Positions 56,884 to 58,970 of a DNA stretch of 58,970 nucleotides are shown in pieces. The notes beneath the pieces are model-generated. The model saw nothing but the letters and a program-made list of their open reading frames with translations, searched no databases and was not told the origin of the DNA. This DNA is from Asterionella formosa (taxonomy: Eukaryota): contig NKIB01013358.1 of assembly GCA_002256025.1 (NCBI GenBank), forward strand, positions 1 through 58,970. The letters are read 5' to 3'. Numbering within the stretch: the first letter of the stretch is position 1; every line of letters begins with the position of its first letter. Made by a program: the position numbers and the translations under genes.

Positions 56884-57717
56884 TCACAGGTGGCTATTGA
56901 CCAACTGCACAATTTGGTCCCTCGTCAAGGCCCCTTCTACTCGTTCAACCTCCTTTCCCATTCCATCGAAGACTATTACAGTCGGAAAGGCACCAACCTT
57001 GAGTTTGGACGACCACTGAGGAAACTTGTCCGAATCTATCTTGGCAACACGGACTGCTGATCCCAGTTCCTTGGCTGCTTGATCCAGTTGCGGAGCCATC
57101 AACTTGCAAGGTCCACACCATGTAGCGTAAATATCCAAGATCAAAGGAGTTGACGCACCACCTGATAATTCCATATCTAGCTCCTCTCCAGTAACCATGC
57201 CAACTTCGCCTGGAGTAAGTGCTCCACTGACCGAAAATATTGCAGACGCTTCCATCGACGTCAATAGCGCTTTTACCAAATCATCCTTTTCAAACATATT
57301 TGCCCACCGAATCCTACGATTGGCAAGTTCAGTTCGCAGCTCAGCAACTCGCATAGAACGAAGCTTTGCCAACGTATTTTCTCGATCGAATTCGGATGCA
57401 ACCCGCGGGGCTGGAGCACTCTCAACAGCTTGGCTTGTGGGGTTACTTTCATTTTTCGATGCAGGTTTAAATGTCCCGTTCCGTGCTTCAACCAAACGAG
57501 CCACAAGGCTTTCCTTGTCGAAACAGTCACCGAAGCTCACTTGTCGTTCCTTCAACTCGGTCTGGATCTCCTTCAGTCTCATACTAGAAATCTCTGATAT
57601 TTCTGTGTTTGACATTCCAAAAGTGGTCGAGAGTGGCGTACGCCATGGTACCGTAAACGAAGTTGCAGGTGACAGAAGAGCGAACACGAGATAAGTGATT
57701 GGTGGAAACATGTTCAT
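56884..57717 (-). CDS. plastid-targeted thioredoxin with two N-terminal SAP/LEM-like helical repeats
   Basis: WCGPC active site in DIYATWCGPCKLMAP; signal peptide ...LLSPATS-FTVP; two repeats MRLKEIQTELKERQVSFGDCFDKESLV and MRVAELRTELANRRIRWANMFEKDDLV. Confidence 0.88.
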   Translation of the reverse strand: MNMFPPITYLVFALLSPATSFTVPWRTPLSTTFGMSNTEISEISSMRLKEIQTELKERQVSFGDCFDKESLVARLVEARNGTFKPASKNESNPTSQAVESAPAPRVASEFDRENTLAKLRSMRVAELRTELANRRIRWANMFEKDDLVKALLTSMEASAIFSVSGALTPGEVGMVTGEELDMELSGGASTPLILDIYATWCGPCKLMAPQLDQAAKELGSAVRVAKIDSDKFPQWSSKLKVGAFPTVIVFDGMGKEVERVEGALTRDQIVQLVNSHL

Positions 57718-58192
57718 CTTGCCGCACGCCTTTTATGCATGCTGATTGTTGTGGAAGAGGCGCAGCATTCTATGCTTTTCGCTTTGTGGCGTTCGTGTTA
57801 CCTTTTGAATGTATGTAGACTACCGGTATGTATGAAACCTAAGAAATCTACCGCCGGCATGTTTTATATACCGGTATGCTGTTTATAGTAGGTAATAATG
57901 TCGTAAAAAAAATTGTGATGACACTAATATTTGCAACGGAAATTGAAGTTGTCAATGGCGCATTTCTTCACGTAGTTTAGACGACACACAATCCAAAATG
58001 ACTAAGTTGCAACGGCCAAGATTTACCACTTTCACAGCATACAATATGCTACACTACATTAATCTGTAGGGCAAACCAAATTTGGTTTGATTCTTTTTTT
58101 TTTTACAAATCAATTAATAGTCCATTGATATCTTCAAAATGACTCTTTTGTTTACGAGTGCTGATCCAGTGGTTATTGACTACTGGCAAATA

Positions 58193-58335
58193 CGACCAGA
58201 AATTTGCTAACAATGACTAGAATTTGCTGACTGCAAATAGAACTTGCTGATTGCGACTAGAACTTGCTGACTATGACTAGAATTTGCTAACTACGACAAG
58301 AATTTATTTGCTGACTACGGCTAGAAGTTACTGAG
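58193..58335. repeat. ~20-bp tandem repeat, about 6-7 degenerate units
   Basis: Consensus gactagaa(t/c)ttgctgacta(t/c). Confidence 0.85.
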
Positions 58336-58798
58336 CGATTTGTGAACTCTATAACCTAACCGCCTTCTAGTTCCTGAATGCTGTCAGCTGTATAAGTGGT
58401 AGTTGAACAGAATTTCGATGATCAGAAGACGACTTGGATTTAATGAATGATAATTCAACGGCGTAGGCTAGGAAGTTAGTACTTAAGAGAGTTTGGAATG
58501 GAAAGCCAGCCTAACCCTTACAGTAGGCATGACTGGGACGAATCATTGGGAGTGAGTCGAAACTGAAAAACAGAGCATAGAAGGTGCACTACCAGACCTT
58601 CCAGGTACCAACAAGTTGCAGTCATTTTGCTGAAATTGATGACTTGACCCAGGACAGGCGTTTATCTACATAGAAAAAGTCATCAATTCACTCTTTAAAA
58701 TCGTCTGTATGCATGTGATAAAATATATGGAATCCAACGAATTGAGAATCAATATTCTTAGTAGTGATTAGAAACCAAGACCCAAAAACATCTCGTCA

Positions 58799-58970
58799 TT
58801 TATTGACAAATGACTGGAGATGTTTACTTATTGACAAATGACTGGACTGGAGATGTTTACTTATTGACAAATGACTGGAGATGTTACTTATTGACAAGTG
58901 AATCAGATGCTCACTTATTGTCAAAAGAATAAGTGCTGCTCACTTATTGTCAAATGAATATGCTTACTTA
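58799..58970. repeat. tandem repeat array (~24-33-bp units) running off the window end
   Basis: ttattgacaaatgactggagatgtttac x3, then ctcacttattgtcaaa variants. Confidence 0.85.

Noticed and set aside
58799..58970. CRISPR-like repeat array
   Set aside because: Units are contiguous with no unique spacers, the context is eukaryotic and there are no cas genes.

Overview
Eukaryotic nuclear DNA, almost certainly a diatom or close stramenopile: GT-AG introns, bipartite plastid-targeting presequences, a CoDi-like Ty1/copia element and TTAGGG motifs. Gene islands hold RPF1, TEX10/IPI1, a tandem-duplicated HIS3, a 2425-aa coat-like protein, a TAF4-like protein, COPB1, an IGPS-like barrel, FNR, CK2 beta, OAT and a thioredoxin fusion. 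They alternate with AT-rich tracts of transposon debris: a copia element with near-identical LTRs, Kolobok-like TIR elements, Harbinger and gypsy remnants, two tRNA-derived SINE families and a small MITE. Most notable: (1) a giant protein that appears to join a TSET/TPLATE TTRAY-like scaffold, a LamG-like domain and a C-terminal clathrin-terminal-domain-like propeller; (2) an IGPD whose two fused copies keep complementary halves of the metal-binding motifs; (3) an FNR with an apparent thylakoid signal plus membrane anchor; (4) tRNA-Ala-headed SINEs with TSDs; (5) dense TACC(W)GGTA motif fields that may be accumulated transposon footprints. All homology calls are by eye from remembered family motifs; no searches were run.
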